Positions 63,680-64,000 of a stretch of DNA of 64,000 nucleotides are shown here, in pieces. This DNA is from a candidate division WOR-3 bacterium. Lineage in GTDB: Bacteria > Hydrothermota > UBA3073. Below the pieces are notes generated by a model. That model was not told the DNA's origin. It did no database searches and was given only the letters and a program-made list of their open reading frames with translations. The stretch's first letter is position 1. Each line of letters begins with the position of its first letter. A program made the position numbers and the translations under genes. Location: positions 10,668 through 74,667 of the forward strand of contig JAGMCL010000133.1 in assembly GCA_023129165.1 (NCBI GenBank). The letters are read 5' to 3'.

Positions 63680-63904
63680 TTATCTGGTAACTCTCAAAAC
63701 GATTCTTTTATTTTTAAATGAGGCTTTTTTATCAACCTCATCGCCACATTCACGGCAGAAAACTCTCAAATTCTCATTTATAAGTTCTGATTTTTCTACT
63801 TGAAATTCTCCATTTACAAACCTTAAACAATCGTATTGATTAGGCTGGGTTATAAACTCTTCAGAACCACATTTTGGACATTTGGATCTACTTATTTGTT
63901 TCAT
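63680..63904 (-). CDS. small zinc-ribbon protein
   Basis: CPKCGSEEF ... CRECGDE. Start placed at MKQISRSK (ATG); the track ORF starts at an upstream TTG. Confidence 0.4.
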   Translation of the reverse strand: MKQISRSKCPKCGSEEFITQPNQYDCLRFVNGEFQVEKSELINENLRVFCRECGDEVDKKASFKNKRIVLRVTR

Positions 63905-64000
63905 ATATGCTACTTCCAATCATTTTTAGCCTCTTCATTGCTATATTTTCACTAACTTCTCTGTAATATAAACTATTTTCCCTTACAATCACACCGATAA

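Overview
Visibly AT-rich bacterial chromosomal segment with about 62 protein genes, 2 tRNAs and no rRNA or CRISPR. After four plus-strand genes (cell-wall amidase, murI, polysaccharide deacetylase, rpiB), every credible gene from 3.6 kb to the right edge is on the minus strand.

Gene content:
- Housekeeping: guaA, AddAB-like helicase-nuclease, RNase G, pseudouridine synthase, rpmH-yidD, cspA, arfB-like, tRNA-Arg(ACG) and tRNA-Lys(CTT).
- A V/A-type ATPase operon (K-E-C-F-A-B-D) with no subunit I in the window.
- A MacAB-TolC-like efflux operon and an ABC importer.
- Several proteins with T9SS-type C-terminal sorting domains. By inference this suggests an uncultivated FCB-superphylum-like lineage.
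- A toxin-antitoxin/restriction island at 13.3-20.4 kb: DUF4258/YgiT, HicAB, MNT with a decayed HEPN plus an OB-fold gene, and a type IIG R-M enzyme.
- A small-gene cassette-like region at 61-64 kb.

The most unusual property is the non-coding DNA. Intergenic spacers, including spacers inside operons, are mosaics drawn from a limited set of repeat modules:
- REP/BIME-like hairpins with invariant GGTAGGAG...CGATAA flanks and at least five different stems.
- Short 7-9 bp periodic 'word' arrays.
- A MITE with 21-26 bp terminal inverted repeats.
- A portable 65-bp leader element found in front of three unrelated genes.
- Near-consensus sigma70 promoters.

A truncated RAYT/IS200-like Y1 transposase gene flanked by inverted hairpins (one side amplified as a 4 x 44 bp array) is also present. 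Repeat modules have entered two coding sequences in frame (addA-like and addB-like).

Coordinates of hand-read features (repeats, promoters, small ORFs, tRNAs) may be off by 1-2 nt. No database search was possible, so all family calls rest on recognised motifs.
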